Below are positions 51,579 to 63,929 of a DNA stretch of 64,000 bases, one piece after another. A program made the position numbers and the translations under genes. The notes under the pieces were generated by a model, which was not told the origin of the DNA, did not search any database, and saw only the letters and a program-made list of their open reading frames with translations. The DNA is from Desulfobulbales bacterium (lineage in GTDB: Bacteria > Desulfobacterota > Desulfobulbia > Desulfobulbales > Desulfobulbaceae): assembly GCA_038205495.1 (NCBI GenBank), contig JBBRBT010000003.1, forward strand, positions 26,787 to 90,786, in the 5' to 3' direction. The stretch's first letter is position 1; each line of letters opens with the position of its first letter.

Positions 51579-52118
51579 TTACTGGCAGCGCAGCATGGCG
51601 ACCTGCATGACCAGAGGGCCGTCGGCATGATACCCGGCCTTCCCCCATTCCCCGTACCCGACATTCACCCAATCCCCCTGTTTTGCCCAGAAGGAGTAGC
51701 CGTACTTCCAGCCTTGCCATTGCTCGGAACAGAGATATTCCTGTTTCGGACCGTAGTAGAAAAATTGCACCCCATTATCGTCCTCAGCTTGGCGACTCTG
51801 GCCGATGAGTACCTGGTCAGCTCCGCGCTTGCCGGCCTCGGCAAAGATCGTGTTTTCGATATCCTTACCCGAAATATTGGAGGGTAACTGCACCAGGGTT
51901 TCGGCAAAGACTCGGCAGGACTTGGGAACCTGGGTCGCCTGGAAAGCGGTGGCAATCTGGCTGGTGGGTGGATAGGTTGCGCCCTTGAACTCGGTCTGCT
52001 CATCGCTGCCAAAGCCCAAAAGGCTCTTGCCCTCGAGGCCTACGAGTTTTTTGGCGCCGCAGCCTGAGGTGTTGACCAAGAGGAAGGCCAACAGGAGAAA
52101 TTGAAATACTTTGAACAT
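51579..52118 (-). CDS. Hypothetical lipoprotein
   Basis: MFKVFQFLLLAFLLVNTSGC lipobox-like signal. GGAG RBS. Confidence 0.7.
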   Translation of the reverse strand: MFKVFQFLLLAFLLVNTSGCGAKKLVGLEGKSLLGFGSDEQTEFKGATYPPTSQIATAFQATQVPKSCRVFAETLVQLPSNISGKDIENTIFAEAGKRGADQVLIGQSRQAEDDNGVQFFYYGPKQEYLCSEQWQGWKYGYSFWAKQGDWVNVGYGEWGKAGYHADGPLVMQVAMLRCQ

Positions 52119-52518
52119 AGATACGCTCCGTGAGAGTTTACTGCTTGTGCCCGGAGCAAGGGATGCTTTGTGTGCTATTGCTACCCACCCGGGCGAAATC
52201 ATCCCCGCAAGAAAAACAGGACCTCCGCAAGAATGCAAGGGGAAAAAGAGCAGACCTTCGGGAACGCTTGGAATCTGCGCGGGCTGAACAAGGGCAAAGG
52301 GAGACGTGTGCGGTAAAGAAACCCATCCTGGCGGTATCGTGCCCATGACAGGAATTGCCGGATGCGCCTATTACGGGTAGAATGGGTGGCATTGTCCAGG
52401 GAAGAGAGGTCATCTGCCCTGGGCACACCCGAAAATCAGACCGATCAAAGTCGCTCGGCCCAACGGCCCCGACGTTTTTCAACGTTTATCAGAATACCTG
52501 CAAAGAGGATAAAACAGC

Positions 52519-54204
<1,686 letters not shown>

Positions 54205-54217
54205 CAGCAAGTCCATT

Positions 54218-54247
54218 GAACCGGGGCCGGCATTCTGGCCCCGGTTC
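54218..54247 (+). terminator. Hairpin between ettA and ovoA
   Basis: gaaccggggccgg-catt-ctggccccggttc with a weak U tail. Confidence 0.45.
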
Positions 54248-54316
54248 CACCTTTCTGCCCCAACATCGTAACCCGCAACCCATTGATCTCCCCGCTCCAG
54301 CCCAGGAGGGTTGTTT

Positions 54317-56437
54317 ATGGATATTCGCACCACCAGAACCATCATTCTCGACCAAGGCGAACCCGAGCAGAAACGGGCCGAAATCCTCACGTATTTCCAC
54401 CAGACCTTTGACCTCGACGAACGGCTCTACGAAACACTGAAATCCGATGACACCTTTTACCTGCGGGCCGATCGGCTGCGCCATCCGCTGATCTTCTACT
54501 ACGGCCATACCGCCACCTTTTTCATCAACAAGCTGACCATCGCCCGCCTGATCGACACGCGGATCAACCCGCGCTTTGAATCGCTGTTCGCAGTCGGAGT
54601 GGATGAGATGTCCTGGGATGATCTGCATTCCAGCCATTACGACTGGCCGACTCGGCAGGCGGTCAAAGCCTACCGCGACCAGGTCCGGCAACTGATCGAC
54701 GGCCTGATCCGCCGCCTGCCGATGAACCTGCCGATCACCTGGGAGAATCCGTTCTGGGCGATCATGATGGGGATCGAGCATGAGCGCATTCATATCGAGA
54801 CCTCTTCGGTGCTGATCCGCCAGCTGCCGCTTGACCAGGTGGTCCCCCATCCCTTCTGGGAGATCTGCCGGGAAACCGGTGAACCTCCGCAGAATCGACT
54901 CCTGCCGGTGCCGGGCGGCAAGGTGATGCTGGGCAAGCCCTTTGATCATGCCCTCTATGGCTGGGACAACGAGTACGGGCACCATGAGGCCGAGATCAAG
55001 ACGTTCCAGGCCGGGGAATTTCTGGTCGCCAACCGCGAATTTTTGGCCTTTGTCGAGGCTGGAGGGTACCGCGACCCGCAGTGGTGGACCGAAGAAGGAT
55101 GGCAATGGCGCAGCTTCAAGCAGGCCGAACATCCGCTGTTCTGGGTGCAGGGCGGCGGTACGGAGGGCGGCTGGGGTCTGCGCACCATACTGGAGATCAT
55201 CCCGCTGCCCTGGAACTGGCCGGTGGAGGTCAACCAGCTGGAGGCCAAAGCCTTCTGCAACTGGCAGGCTGCCCGCACCGGTTTACCGATCCGGCTACCC
55301 ACCGAGGATGAGTGGCACCGCCTGCGCGATGCCTGCGACCTCCCCGATCAACCCTTTTGGCAGCAGGCGCCGGGCAACATCAATTTGGAACACTGGAGCA
55401 GTTCCTGCCCGGTGGATCGGTTCCGCTGCGGTGATTTTTATGATGTGATCGGTAATGTCTGGCAATGGACCGAAACTCCGATCTATCCCTTCCACGGCTT
55501 CCGCATCCACCCCTGGTACGACGACTTTTCGGCACCCACCTTCGACACCCGCCACAACCTGATCAAGGGCGGCTCCTGGATCTCCACCGGCAACGAGGCC
55601 ACCCGTGACGCCCGCTACGCCTTCAGACGGCATTTCTTCCAGCATGCCGGGTTTCGTTATGTGGCAAGCAGCGCCCCGGTGGAAATCCATCAGGATCAAT
55701 ATGAAACCGATGCCCTGGCCGCCCAGTATTGCGAGGCCCATTACGGGGTTGAACATTTCGGGGTAGCCAATTTCCCCGCCGCCTGTGCCGCCGCCTGTTT
55801 GGAAGTGATGCAAGGACGGAGCACCGGACATGCCCTTGACCTCGGCTGCGCGGTCGGCCGGGCCGCCTTCGAGCTGGCCCGGGGCGGCTTTGCCAAGGTG
55901 ACCGGACTCGATTTCTCCACCCGTTTCTTCCGCCTGGCTGCACGGATGCAGGAGGAAGGCTACCTGCGCTACGCCTTTCCCGAGGAGGGCGAGATCTGCT
56001 CATACCATGAAATCGGGCTGGCGGATTTCGGCCTGGAGGCCTACCGCGACCGGGTTGCATTTTCCCAGGCCGATGCCTGCAACCTGCCGGAAAAGTTCAC
56101 CGGCTATGATCTGGTGCTGGCGGCCAATCTGCTCGACCGGCTCTATGCGCCGCGCGCCTTTCTCGCCACCATTCATGAGCGGATCAATCCGGGCGGCATC
56201 CTGGTGCTCACCTCCCCCTACACCTGGGATGCGGCCTACACCAAGAAGGAAGAATGGCTGGGCGGCTACCGCGATGCCGGTGAGCCTGTCTGGAGCCTGG
56301 ACGGGTTGAAGGCCGTGCTGGCGCCCCACTTCCACCTGCTGACGGAACCCCGCGACCTGCCCTTTGTCATCCGCGAAACGCGCCGGAAGTTCCAGCATAG
56401 CATCGCCGAACTGACCCTCTGGGAATTGAAGGGCTGA
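54317..56437 (+). CDS. ovoA: 5-histidylcysteine sulfoxide synthase / methyltransferase (ovothiol biosynthesis)
   Basis: LRHPLIFYYGHTA, GVDEMSWDD, Fe-binding HERIHIE (HX3HXE), FGE-like domain with RRHFFQHAGFRY, C-terminal SAM methyltransferase (LDLGCAVGR, SPYTW). Confidence 0.92.
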   Translation: MDIRTTRTIILDQGEPEQKRAEILTYFHQTFDLDERLYETLKSDDTFYLRADRLRHPLIFYYGHTATFFINKLTIARLIDTRINPRFESLFAVGVDEMSWDDLHSSHYDWPTRQAVKAYRDQVRQLIDGLIRRLPMNLPITWENPFWAIMMGIEHERIHIETSSVLIRQLPLDQVVPHPFWEICRETGEPPQNRLLPVPGGKVMLGKPFDHALYGWDNEYGHHEAEIKTFQAGEFLVANREFLAFVEAGGYRDPQWWTEEGWQWRSFKQAEHPLFWVQGGGTEGGWGLRTILEIIPLPWNWPVEVNQLEAKAFCNWQAARTGLPIRLPTEDEWHRLRDACDLPDQPFWQQAPGNINLEHWSSSCPVDRFRCGDFYDVIGNVWQWTETPIYPFHGFRIHPWYDDFSAPTFDTRHNLIKGGSWISTGNEATRDARYAFRRHFFQHAGFRYVASSAPVEIHQDQYETDALAAQYCEAHYGVEHFGVANFPAACAAACLEVMQGRSTGHALDLGCAVGRAAFELARGGFAKVTGLDFSTRFFRLAARMQEEGYLRYAFPEEGEICSYHEIGLADFGLEAYRDRVAFSQADACNLPEKFTGYDLVLAANLLDRLYAPRAFLATIHERINPGGILVLTSPYTWDAAYTKKEEWLGGYRDAGEPVWSLDGLKAVLAPHFHLLTEPRDLPFVIRETRRKFQHSIAELTLWELKG

Positions 56438-57607
56438 ATGCATTCCTCCCGCTTTGATTTCGATACCCCCATCGATCGCCGCCCCACGTCCAGCCTCAAA
56501 TGGGACCGGTACCAGGGGCGCGACATCATCCCCCTGTGGGTGGCGGATATGGATTTCCGCTCACCCCCGGCGATACTCGAGGCCCTGCATAGGCGCATCG
56601 ACCACGGCGTCTTCGGCTACACCGCAGCCCCCGCAACGCTGGTGGCAACGGTGGTCGCGCACCTGCACGAGCAATACGGCTGGACCATTGATCCCGGTTG
56701 GCTGGTCTGGCTGCCCGGTCTGGTCTGCGGCCTCAATGTCGCCTGCCGTGCGGTCGGCGAGGCCGGCGATGAAGTCCTGACCCATACTCCCATCTATCCA
56801 CCGTTTATGTCGGCACCGGCGCTGGCGGGACGCATCACCGTCAAGGTGCCGCTCCAACGCAACGGCGGGCGCTGGGAGATGGACATGGAGACGCTGGAAC
56901 AAGCGATTACGCCGAGGACCCGGCTCTTCCTGCTCTGCAATCCGCATAACCCGACAGGCCGCGTCTGGACGAGGGAGGAGTTGCTTGCCCTGGCCGAGCT
57001 GGCCGAGCGTCACGATCTGATCATCTGCAGCGACGAGATCCATGCCGGCCTGATTCTGGATGCCGACAAGCGCCATCTCCCCCTGGCCCTGCTCAGCCCT
57101 GAGATCGCCCGCCGTACCATTACTCTCCATGCCCCGAGCAAGACCTTCAACATCCCCGGCCTGGGCTGCTCGTTTGCCGTGATTGCTGACCAGGTGCTGC
57201 GGAAGTCCTTTACGCGGGCGATGGACGGGATCGTGCCCCATGTCAACCTGTTGGGCTATGCCGCCACCGAGGCGGCCTATCGATTTGGAGAGCCGTGGCG
57301 GCAGGAGCTGATCACCTATCTGCGCGGCAACCGTGATCTGGTGCTGCGAGCGGTGACCGACATGCCCGGCCTTAGCGTCAGTCCGGTGGAGGCCACCTAT
57401 CTTGCCTGGATCGATACCCGCCAGGCGGGGATCGACAACCCAGAATTATTTTTCGAACAGTCCGGAGTAGGCCTCTCCGACGGCGCTGCCTTCGGCCTGC
57501 CCGGCTATGTCCGGCTCAATTTCGGCTGTCCGCGGCCGCTGCTCACCGAGGCCTTGCAGCGCATGGAGCGGGCCTTGGCCTCAAGAGCGGTTGCAGAGGG
57601 TACGTGA
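56438..57607 (+). CDS. PLP-dependent PatB/MalY C-S lyase (OvoB-like by context)
   Basis: WVADMDF, LCNPHNPTG, SDEIH and APSKTFN motifs. Abuts ovoA (TGAATG). Confidence 0.88.
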   Translation: MHSSRFDFDTPIDRRPTSSLKWDRYQGRDIIPLWVADMDFRSPPAILEALHRRIDHGVFGYTAAPATLVATVVAHLHEQYGWTIDPGWLVWLPGLVCGLNVACRAVGEAGDEVLTHTPIYPPFMSAPALAGRITVKVPLQRNGGRWEMDMETLEQAITPRTRLFLLCNPHNPTGRVWTREELLALAELAERHDLIICSDEIHAGLILDADKRHLPLALLSPEIARRTITLHAPSKTFNIPGLGCSFAVIADQVLRKSFTRAMDGIVPHVNLLGYAATEAAYRFGEPWRQELITYLRGNRDLVLRAVTDMPGLSVSPVEATYLAWIDTRQAGIDNPELFFEQSGVGLSDGAAFGLPGYVRLNFGCPRPLLTEALQRMERALASRAVAEGT

Positions 57608-57668
57608 TTGAAGAACCAAGACCACCCCCGGGCGCGAAGCCCAAGGTAATCGTAAGGAGACAGCTGGA

Positions 57669-58973
57669 ATGGAGACCCTCAATGTCGTGTTAACCGGACA
57701 CCTGCTTGCAGGAACCGATTTCGAGACAGCTGTCGAAAAGATGGCGGCCCTGACCCGTCTGGATCGCTCCAAGGTCGAGCGGCTGCTCAACTCCGGCCAT
57801 CCAACGGTGGTCAAAAAAGGGGTCAGCGCGGAGATCGGGGAACAATTCCGGGCGGCATTGACCGCCATTGGAGTGGCCGTTGAGCTGCAGCCCTGTCCGG
57901 CCGAACCCGTTGCACCCGGAGGGGAACTTGCGGAGGACTCGAAGGAGGCCAAGGAAGACACCGGGCAATCCGCACCGCCACCACCTCTCCCACCCGAACC
58001 CATCTCTCCGCAGCCTGAGTCGCCCAGCACCCCTGCGCCGCTTCCAAGCAGAAGCGAAGAGGCGGGCTCCAACCAGTCCTCCGCTTCAGCCCGCTCCGAA
58101 CATCCAGGCGGAAACGGCCTAGAATCCCCCCTCAAGGTATCCGCCTCGCACGGCTGGTTGTGGATCAAGAACTGCACGGAACTGTACCTGAAGGAACCAC
58201 AACGCTGGACCGGGATGGTATTCCTGCTCGGCCTGGTCATGGTTGCCCTTTCCATGATTCCTGTTTTGGGGAGCCTTGTCGCAACACTGGTGGGACCGGT
58301 ATTTGCGGGAGGACTGATGCTAGGGGCGCACTGTCAGCAGCAAGGCGGAACCTTGCGGGTCTCTTCCCTCCTTGCCGGTTTTGGTCGTCCTCGCAATCAG
58401 TTGCTCCGCCTTGGCGCCTTCTATCTCCTTTTTGGCGTTGCCATCGGCATGGTTCTGTTTGTTTGCGTTCTGTTGTTCTTCAAAGGAATACCGGTCGGCA
58501 AAGACCCCTCGTTCATGCTCCAGCATTTTCTGGCAATAGTTCTGATGAGCCTGTTGGTGCTCTTCCTGACCCTTCCCATGTCCATGGCCTTCTGGTTTGC
58601 CCCCTGCCTGGTGGCACTGGGCGACAACTCGGCATGGGCCAGTCTGAAACTCAGTTTCAGGGCCACCCTGAAAAATTGGTCAGCCTTTCTCGTCTACAGT
58701 TTGATTCTGCTGCTGGTGATAGTGGTGTTCAGTGTCTTGTATGGCCTGGTGACCGGATTTCTGTATGGCCTCCTGGCAGGTTTTTTCAATCTTTTCGCCA
58801 ACGCAAGGCTCTCGCAGGCCTTTATCCAGATTGCCCTATTGGCCCTGGCAAGTCCGACCATCGCCCTTTTCACCCTTTCCTGTTACACCGCCTATCGGGA
58901 TGTCTTCCAGTTTGATCGCCAAGTCGATGAGGAAAGCAACGAACCGCGCCCAAGCGATAATCGCAATTCTTAG
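57669..58973 (+). CDS. BPSS1780-family multi-pass membrane protein with soluble N-terminal domain and Pro-rich linker
   Basis: 'GWLWIK..IPVLG..GPVFAGGLM..FWFAP.LV..SFRA.LKNW.AFLVY' pattern. Confidence 0.7.
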   Translation: METLNVVLTGHLLAGTDFETAVEKMAALTRLDRSKVERLLNSGHPTVVKKGVSAEIGEQFRAALTAIGVAVELQPCPAEPVAPGGELAEDSKEAKEDTGQSAPPPPLPPEPISPQPESPSTPAPLPSRSEEAGSNQSSASARSEHPGGNGLESPLKVSASHGWLWIKNCTELYLKEPQRWTGMVFLLGLVMVALSMIPVLGSLVATLVGPVFAGGLMLGAHCQQQGGTLRVSSLLAGFGRPRNQLLRLGAFYLLFGVAIGMVLFVCVLLFFKGIPVGKDPSFMLQHFLAIVLMSLLVLFLTLPMSMAFWFAPCLVALGDNSAWASLKLSFRATLKNWSAFLVYSLILLLVIVVFSVLYGLVTGFLYGLLAGFFNLFANARLSQAFIQIALLALASPTIALFTLSCYTAYRDVFQFDRQVDEESNEPRPSDNRNS

Positions 58974-59188
58974 TCTGCGGAATTTGTAAGGAGAAAGCCG
59001 GGACCGATCAACGGATCTCAGCTTTTTTGCTTGCCGCATCCAATCCGAACCCCGGCATTTTTCTTATGGCGCTGATCCCAGGCTGTGCTTATAACTCCAA
59101 CCATGAAACGATTTGGCAACTCCATCCATCCACTCCCACTCCGTGGTAGAGTTACGGCCCATCCAGATGTGCAGGGAGCCAGGCCGAG

Positions 59189-60343
59189 ATGACCCCTCTT
59201 GACGGGGTTGCCCCCCGATCTCTGCTTGTTGAGAAAAAACAGTTCACCTTTGCCCAGACTCCGGACGAGATGGTCTTGGACTGCGGCACCCGCCTGGGGC
59301 CGATCACCCTTGCCTACGAGACCCTGGGCGCACTCAACGCCGAACGGACCAACGCCATCCTCATTCTCCATGCCTTTTCCGGCGACTCCCATGTGGCCGG
59401 GTATTCGCACGCAGGCGATGACCGTCCCGGCTGGTGGGACAACATGGTCGGGCCCGGCAAACCGATCGACACCAACCGCTATTTCGTCATCTGCTCCAAT
59501 ATCCTCGGCGGCTGCGCCGGTTCCACCGGCCCCTCGTCCATCAACCCGGACACCGGCAAGCCCTACGGTCTCACCTTTCCCATGGTGACCATCAAGGACA
59601 TGGTGCAGGCACAGAAATACCTGATTGACCACCTGGGCATCAAAAAGTTGATGTCGCTCGTCGGTGGTTCGGTGGGCGGCATGCAGGTGCTGCGCTGGTG
59701 CGCCGACTTCCCGGAGATGGTGGTCTCAGCCATCCCGCTGGCCACCACCACCCGCCACTCCGCCCAGGCCATTGCCTTCAACGAAGTGGCCCGCCAGGCG
59801 ATCATGGCCGATCCGGCCTGGAACAACGGCGATTATTACGATGGCCCCGGGCCGACGCACGGCCTGGCCGTGGCGCGGATGATCGGCCATGTCACCTATC
59901 TCTCCGATGAATCGATGCGGGAAAAATTCGGCAGACGCCTGCACCGCAGCGCCCTCTCCTTTGATTTCACCGGCGATTTCCAGGTGGAAAGCTACCTCCA
60001 CCACCAGGGCAAGAAGTTCGTCACCCGCTTTGACGCCAACTCGCTGTTGTTCATCACCAAGGCCGCCGACTATTTTGATCTCGAACGCGGCGGCAGCAGC
60101 CTGCTGATCAACGAGGCCCTGGCCGAAGTCTCGTTTCTGGTGATTTCCTTCACCTCGGACTGGCTCTACCCCACCTATCAGTCCCGGAACATCGTTTCCG
60201 CGCTGAAAAAAAACGGCAGCGATGTCAGCTTCTGCGAAATCGAAGCCCAGTGCGGCCACGACGCCTTCCTCATACCGAACAAGCGATTGGACGGTTTAAT
60301 CAGCGGTTTTCTTGATCGGGTTTATCATGAGCACTGTTTATAA
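59189..60343 (+). CDS. metX: Homoserine O-acyltransferase
   Basis: [25 protein letters not shown] nucleophile, ARMIGH, FDAN and GHDAFL motifs. Confidence 0.92.
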   Translation: MTPLDGVAPRSLLVEKKQFTFAQTPDEMVLDCGTRLGPITLAYETLGALNAERTNAILILHAFSGDSHVAGYSHAGDDRPGWWDNMVGPGKPIDTNRYFVICSNILGGCAGSTGPSSINPDTGKPYGLTFPMVTIKDMVQAQKYLIDHLGIKKLMSLVGGSVGGMQVLRWCADFPEMVVSAIPLATTTRHSAQAIAFNEVARQAIMADPAWNNGDYYDGPGPTHGLAVARMIGHVTYLSDESMREKFGRRLHRSALSFDFTGDFQVESYLHHQGKKFVTRFDANSLLFITKAADYFDLERGGSSLLINEALAEVSFLVISFTSDWLYPTYQSRNIVSALKKNGSDVSFCEIEAQCGHDAFLIPNKRLDGLISGFLDRVYHEHCL

Positions 60344-60962
60344 CCAGGATCTAGGAACCATGCGCTTTGACCTCCAGGTCATTGCCTCCTGGATCGAACC
60401 GGGATCGCGGGTGCTCGACCTGGGCTGCGGCAACGGCGACCTGCTTGAGTATCTCAAGAAACACAAGCAGGTGCACGGCACTGGTATCGAATTTTCCGAG
60501 GAAAAGGTGGCCCGCTGCATCGAACGGGGCCTGACCGTGCTCCAGGGCGATTTCCGCAAGGAGGTCTGCGATTATCCGGAAGCACGGTTCGATGTGATCG
60601 TGCTCAGCCAGACCCTGCAGCAGATCCACGACCCCAAGGAATTGCTCATCGACCTGCTGTGGATCGGCAAACGGGTGATTGTCAGCTTTCCCAACTTTGC
60701 CCACTGGTCGGCTCGCCTCCAAATTCTCTGCACCGGCATGGCGCCGGTGACCGACCAGCTGCCCTACGAGTGGTACGACACTCCCAACATCCGCATTATT
60801 TCAATCAAGGATTTCAAACGCTTCCTGCGGGTCCTCGGGGTACGCACGGTCCGTGAGGTGGCAATCAACACCCATCACCACGATTTTAAAGGCAACATTG
60901 TCCGGCACTTCAAGAACCTCCGGGCCACCTACGGCATTATGATGCTGGAACGCATGCTATGA
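60327..60962 (+). CDS. metW: Methionine biosynthesis protein MetW
   Basis: [23 protein letters not shown] and WYDTPNI motifs. Follows metX. Start may be 60360. Confidence 0.9.
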   Translation: MSTVYNQDLGTMRFDLQVIASWIEPGSRVLDLGCGNGDLLEYLKKHKQVHGTGIEFSEEKVARCIERGLTVLQGDFRKEVCDYPEARFDVIVLSQTLQQIHDPKELLIDLLWIGKRVIVSFPNFAHWSARLQILCTGMAPVTDQLPYEWYDTPNIRIISIKDFKRFLRVLGVRTVREVAINTHHHDFKGNIVRHFKNLRATYGIMMLERML

Positions 60963-61960
60963 ACCGATTTTTTCAGGAAGAACTCATTATGGGACCAAAA
61001 GAAATGTTGGCCGGCAGTTGCGGCAGCGAGACAGTATCGGCAAATGCGGTGCGCAATCCGATCCCCGAGGTGGTGGAGAGCCTGAGCAGTGGCTTTAAAA
61101 GCGGTCGCTGGGCCAGCCATATTGAACCGGTGCCGATCCCTTCCAAAAGTGAGGTGATCGACCTGATCGAGCAGCTGCAGCGCATTCTTTTCCCGGGATT
61201 TTTCTCGCCGGTTATTCTCCGGCCCGAAAATCTGGAATATCATCTGGGCCAGCAGGTCAGCCTGTTCTATGAAAACCTGGCCAGCCAGATCAGTTCCGCC
61301 ATCCGTCACGACTGCTTCCGCCATAACCAGGAGTGCACCCGCTGCGGTGAACGCAGTTATGAGACCGCCGCCGCCCTGATCGACAGCTTGCCTGCTATCC
61401 GCAATCTGCTCGAATCAGACATCGAGGCCGCCCTGACCGGGGATCCGGCCGCAGCCAATTCCGACGAGGTTATTTTCAGCTATCCCGGCCTGTTTGCGAT
61501 CATGATCTACCGCCTGGCCCATCGGCTCCACGAGCTGGGAGTGCCGCTCATTCCCCGGATCATGAGCGAACATGCCTACCACCGCACCGCCATTGATATC
61601 AACCCCGAGGCCACCATCGGCGCCCATTTTTTCATCGACCACGGATCCGGAGTAGTGGTCGGCGCCACCAGCACCATCGGCGACCGGGTGCGGCTCTATC
61701 AGGGCGTCACCCTCGGGGCGCTGTCACTGCCCTGGGATGCGGGCATACGGTTGCGAAATGTCAAACGACATCCCACCATTGAAGACGATGTCATCATCTA
61801 CGCCAATGCCACCATCCTCGGCGGTAACACCGTGGTGGGGGCCCGATCGATCATCGGCGGTAACGTCTGGCTGACCGAATCGGTCGGCCCCGACACCCGG
61901 GTGATGCTGGAACAACCGAAACTCGTCTACATCGGCCAGGAGCCGGGAGAAAAGGTATGA
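60959..61960 (+). CDS. cysE: Serine O-acetyltransferase (EpsC/CysE type)
   Basis: GDPAA..YPG, IDINP.A.IG, FIDHGSG, YQGVTLG and KRHPT motifs. Confidence 0.9.
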   Translation: MNRFFQEELIMGPKEMLAGSCGSETVSANAVRNPIPEVVESLSSGFKSGRWASHIEPVPIPSKSEVIDLIEQLQRILFPGFFSPVILRPENLEYHLGQQVSLFYENLASQISSAIRHDCFRHNQECTRCGERSYETAAALIDSLPAIRNLLESDIEAALTGDPAAANSDEVIFSYPGLFAIMIYRLAHRLHELGVPLIPRIMSEHAYHRTAIDINPEATIGAHFFIDHGSGVVVGATSTIGDRVRLYQGVTLGALSLPWDAGIRLRNVKRHPTIEDDVIIYANATILGGNTVVGARSIIGGNVWLTESVGPDTRVMLEQPKLVYIGQEPGEKV

Positions 61961-62883
61961 AGAATTCTTTGTGTGCCAATATTACCGAGGCCATCGGCCG
62001 AACACCACTGGTCCACCTGCAACGATTCGGGGGGGCGACAGGGGCTGAGCTTTTTGCCAAGATCGAGTCCATGAATCCGCTCGGCAGCATCAAAGATCGG
62101 CTGGCGGTGGCCATGGTCAACGATGCCGAACAGGCCGGGATCATCCAGCCAGGCGCCGTCCTGGTCGAGCCGACCAGCGGCAATACCGGCATTGGCCTCG
62201 CCTTTGTCTGTGCCAGCCGGGGCTACAGTCTCACCCTGACCATGCCGGAGAGCATGAGCCTCGAACGGCGCAAGCTGCTGATCCACCTCGGGGCCCACCT
62301 GGTGCTGACCCCTGCCGCCGAGGGCATGAAGGGCGCAATTGCCCGGGCCATCGAATTGCACCAACAGACACCGGGCTCCTGGATGCCCAATCAGTTCGCC
62401 AATCCTTCCAACCCGGCCATGCACCGGCGGACCACCGGCCCCGAAATTTGGCAGCAGACCGGGGGGGACATCGATGTGTTCGTTGTGGGCGTGGGAACGG
62501 GCGGCACCATCACCGGGGCGGGCGGCTATCTCAAGGAACAGAATCCCGGGATCAAGGTGGTGGCCATCGAACCGGCGGCCTCGCCGGTCCTGTCGGGAGG
62601 CAAGCCCGGACCTCATAAGATTCAGGGAATCGGCGCCGGTTTTATCCCGGAGGTACTCGACCGCTCGGTGATCGACGAGATCATCACAGTGGAGAACGAT
62701 GCGGCGATCCTCCAGGCACAAATCCTGGCCCGCCGGGAAGGCATTCTCTGCGGCATCTCCGGCGGCGCAGCGCTGGCCGGTGCCCTTGAGATTGCAGGCA
62801 GGGAGGCTTTTCACGGCAAGCGGATTGTGGTTATCCTCCCGGACACCGGTGAACGGTATCTGAGCACGGATCTATTCGCGTGA
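61957..62883 (+). CDS. cysK: Cysteine synthase A
   Basis: IGRTPLV, SIKDR, EPTSGNTG, GTGGT, HKIQGIG and PDTGERYLS motifs. Confidence 0.95.
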   Translation: MKNSLCANITEAIGRTPLVHLQRFGGATGAELFAKIESMNPLGSIKDRLAVAMVNDAEQAGIIQPGAVLVEPTSGNTGIGLAFVCASRGYSLTLTMPESMSLERRKLLIHLGAHLVLTPAAEGMKGAIARAIELHQQTPGSWMPNQFANPSNPAMHRRTTGPEIWQQTGGDIDVFVVGVGTGGTITGAGGYLKEQNPGIKVVAIEPAASPVLSGGKPGPHKIQGIGAGFIPEVLDRSVIDEIITVENDAAILQAQILARREGILCGISGGAALAGALEIAGREAFHGKRIVVILPDTGERYLSTDLFA

Positions 62884-62983
62884 AAAGAAGGGTGTTAGAC
62901 TTTAGTCTATTAGGGACAGGTTCCGTGAACATGCTATTGGCATATCTAGCATTTTTTCTACATCAGGTTAAAGTGAAAAAACA

Positions 62984-63415
62984 ATGAGTTATCTGGACGA
63001 TTTCGAACGATCTTTTATGACCCATACACTCAAAATACTGACGACATATGAAGGTGAATATGACGCCACCTTACTTGTCAACTGTCTTCTGGGGCTACTT
63101 GTAGTGCCAAAAGAGTCTTTTCTTGAGGCTATTCCCGAAACACCTCTCAGTGAACTTTCACTCTGGGGAATAGAGAGGCAATCAATCCTACACCCAGGTA
63201 ATCCTTATCGTGGAAATCAAAATCCAGAAACGCTTCGTGGCCTTGTCATCTCATTGCGACACGCCATCGCGCATTTTCGTATAACGCCTATTCCGAAAAA
63301 TGGTGAAGTTGAGGCATTTGAATTTAGTAATGAAAGAGGGTTACACGCAAAAATATCTCTTAGCGAGATGCGTGAGTTCACTAAACGACTAGCTACTTAT
63401 CTTGAACATCAATAA
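62984..63415 (+). CDS. HEPN-superfamily nuclease (pEK499_p136-like)
   Basis: 'YDATLLVNCLLGLLVVPKE' and Rx4H motif RHAIAH. Visibly AT-rich relative to the flanks. Confidence 0.7.
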   Translation: MSYLDDFERSFMTHTLKILTTYEGEYDATLLVNCLLGLLVVPKESFLEAIPETPLSELSLWGIERQSILHPGNPYRGNQNPETLRGLVISLRHAIAHFRITPIPKNGEVEAFEFSNERGLHAKISLSEMREFTKRLATYLEHQ

Positions 63416-63497
63416 GTCCACTGTTACCGAGTAACTTATCGTTCTTCACAAACTAAATATCTAACAGACTATCCGCCTCTATATAACAAGGGAAAAC

Positions 63498-63929
63498 ATG
63501 GGAAAAATCATTTCACTGAACATCAGCCATGAGAAGGGCGTCAACAAGGAGCCGGTGGAAAGCGTTGAGCTGAGGGTCGATCACGGCATTGTCGGTGACG
63601 CCCATGCCGGTGACTGGCACCGGCAGGTCAGCCTGCTGGCCGAAGAGTCCATCGACTTCATGCGGGCTAAAGGCTTGGAGCTCAATCCCGGCGCCTTTGC
63701 CGAAAACATCACCACCGAGGGCATCGAACTGGCCAAACTGCCGCTCGGCACCCGACTGGGCAACGGCCAGGTGGTGCTGGAAGTCACCCAAATCGGCAAA
63801 AAATGCCACCACGGCTGTGCCATTTTCAAACAGGTCGGCGACTGCATCATGCCCCGCGAAGGCATCTTTACCAAGGTCGTTGTTCCCGGGGTGCTCAGCC
63901 GTGGTGACCGCCTGGATCTCCTTTCTTGA
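63498..63929 (+). CDS. MOSC domain protein
   Basis: GIVGDAH, RQVSLL, FAENITT, QIGKKCH..C..C.MPREG motifs. Confidence 0.9.
   Translation: MGKIISLNISHEKGVNKEPVESVELRVDHGIVGDAHAGDWHRQVSLLAEESIDFMRAKGLELNPGAFAENITTEGIELAKLPLGTRLGNGQVVLEVTQIGKKCHHGCAIFKQVGDCIMPREGIFTKVVVPGVLSRGDRLDLLS

Noticed and set aside
58974-59188. SAM riboswitch upstream of metX
   Set aside because: No SAM-I (AUC..GAG..GCAACC..GUGC) or SAM-II consensus could be assembled from the sequence.
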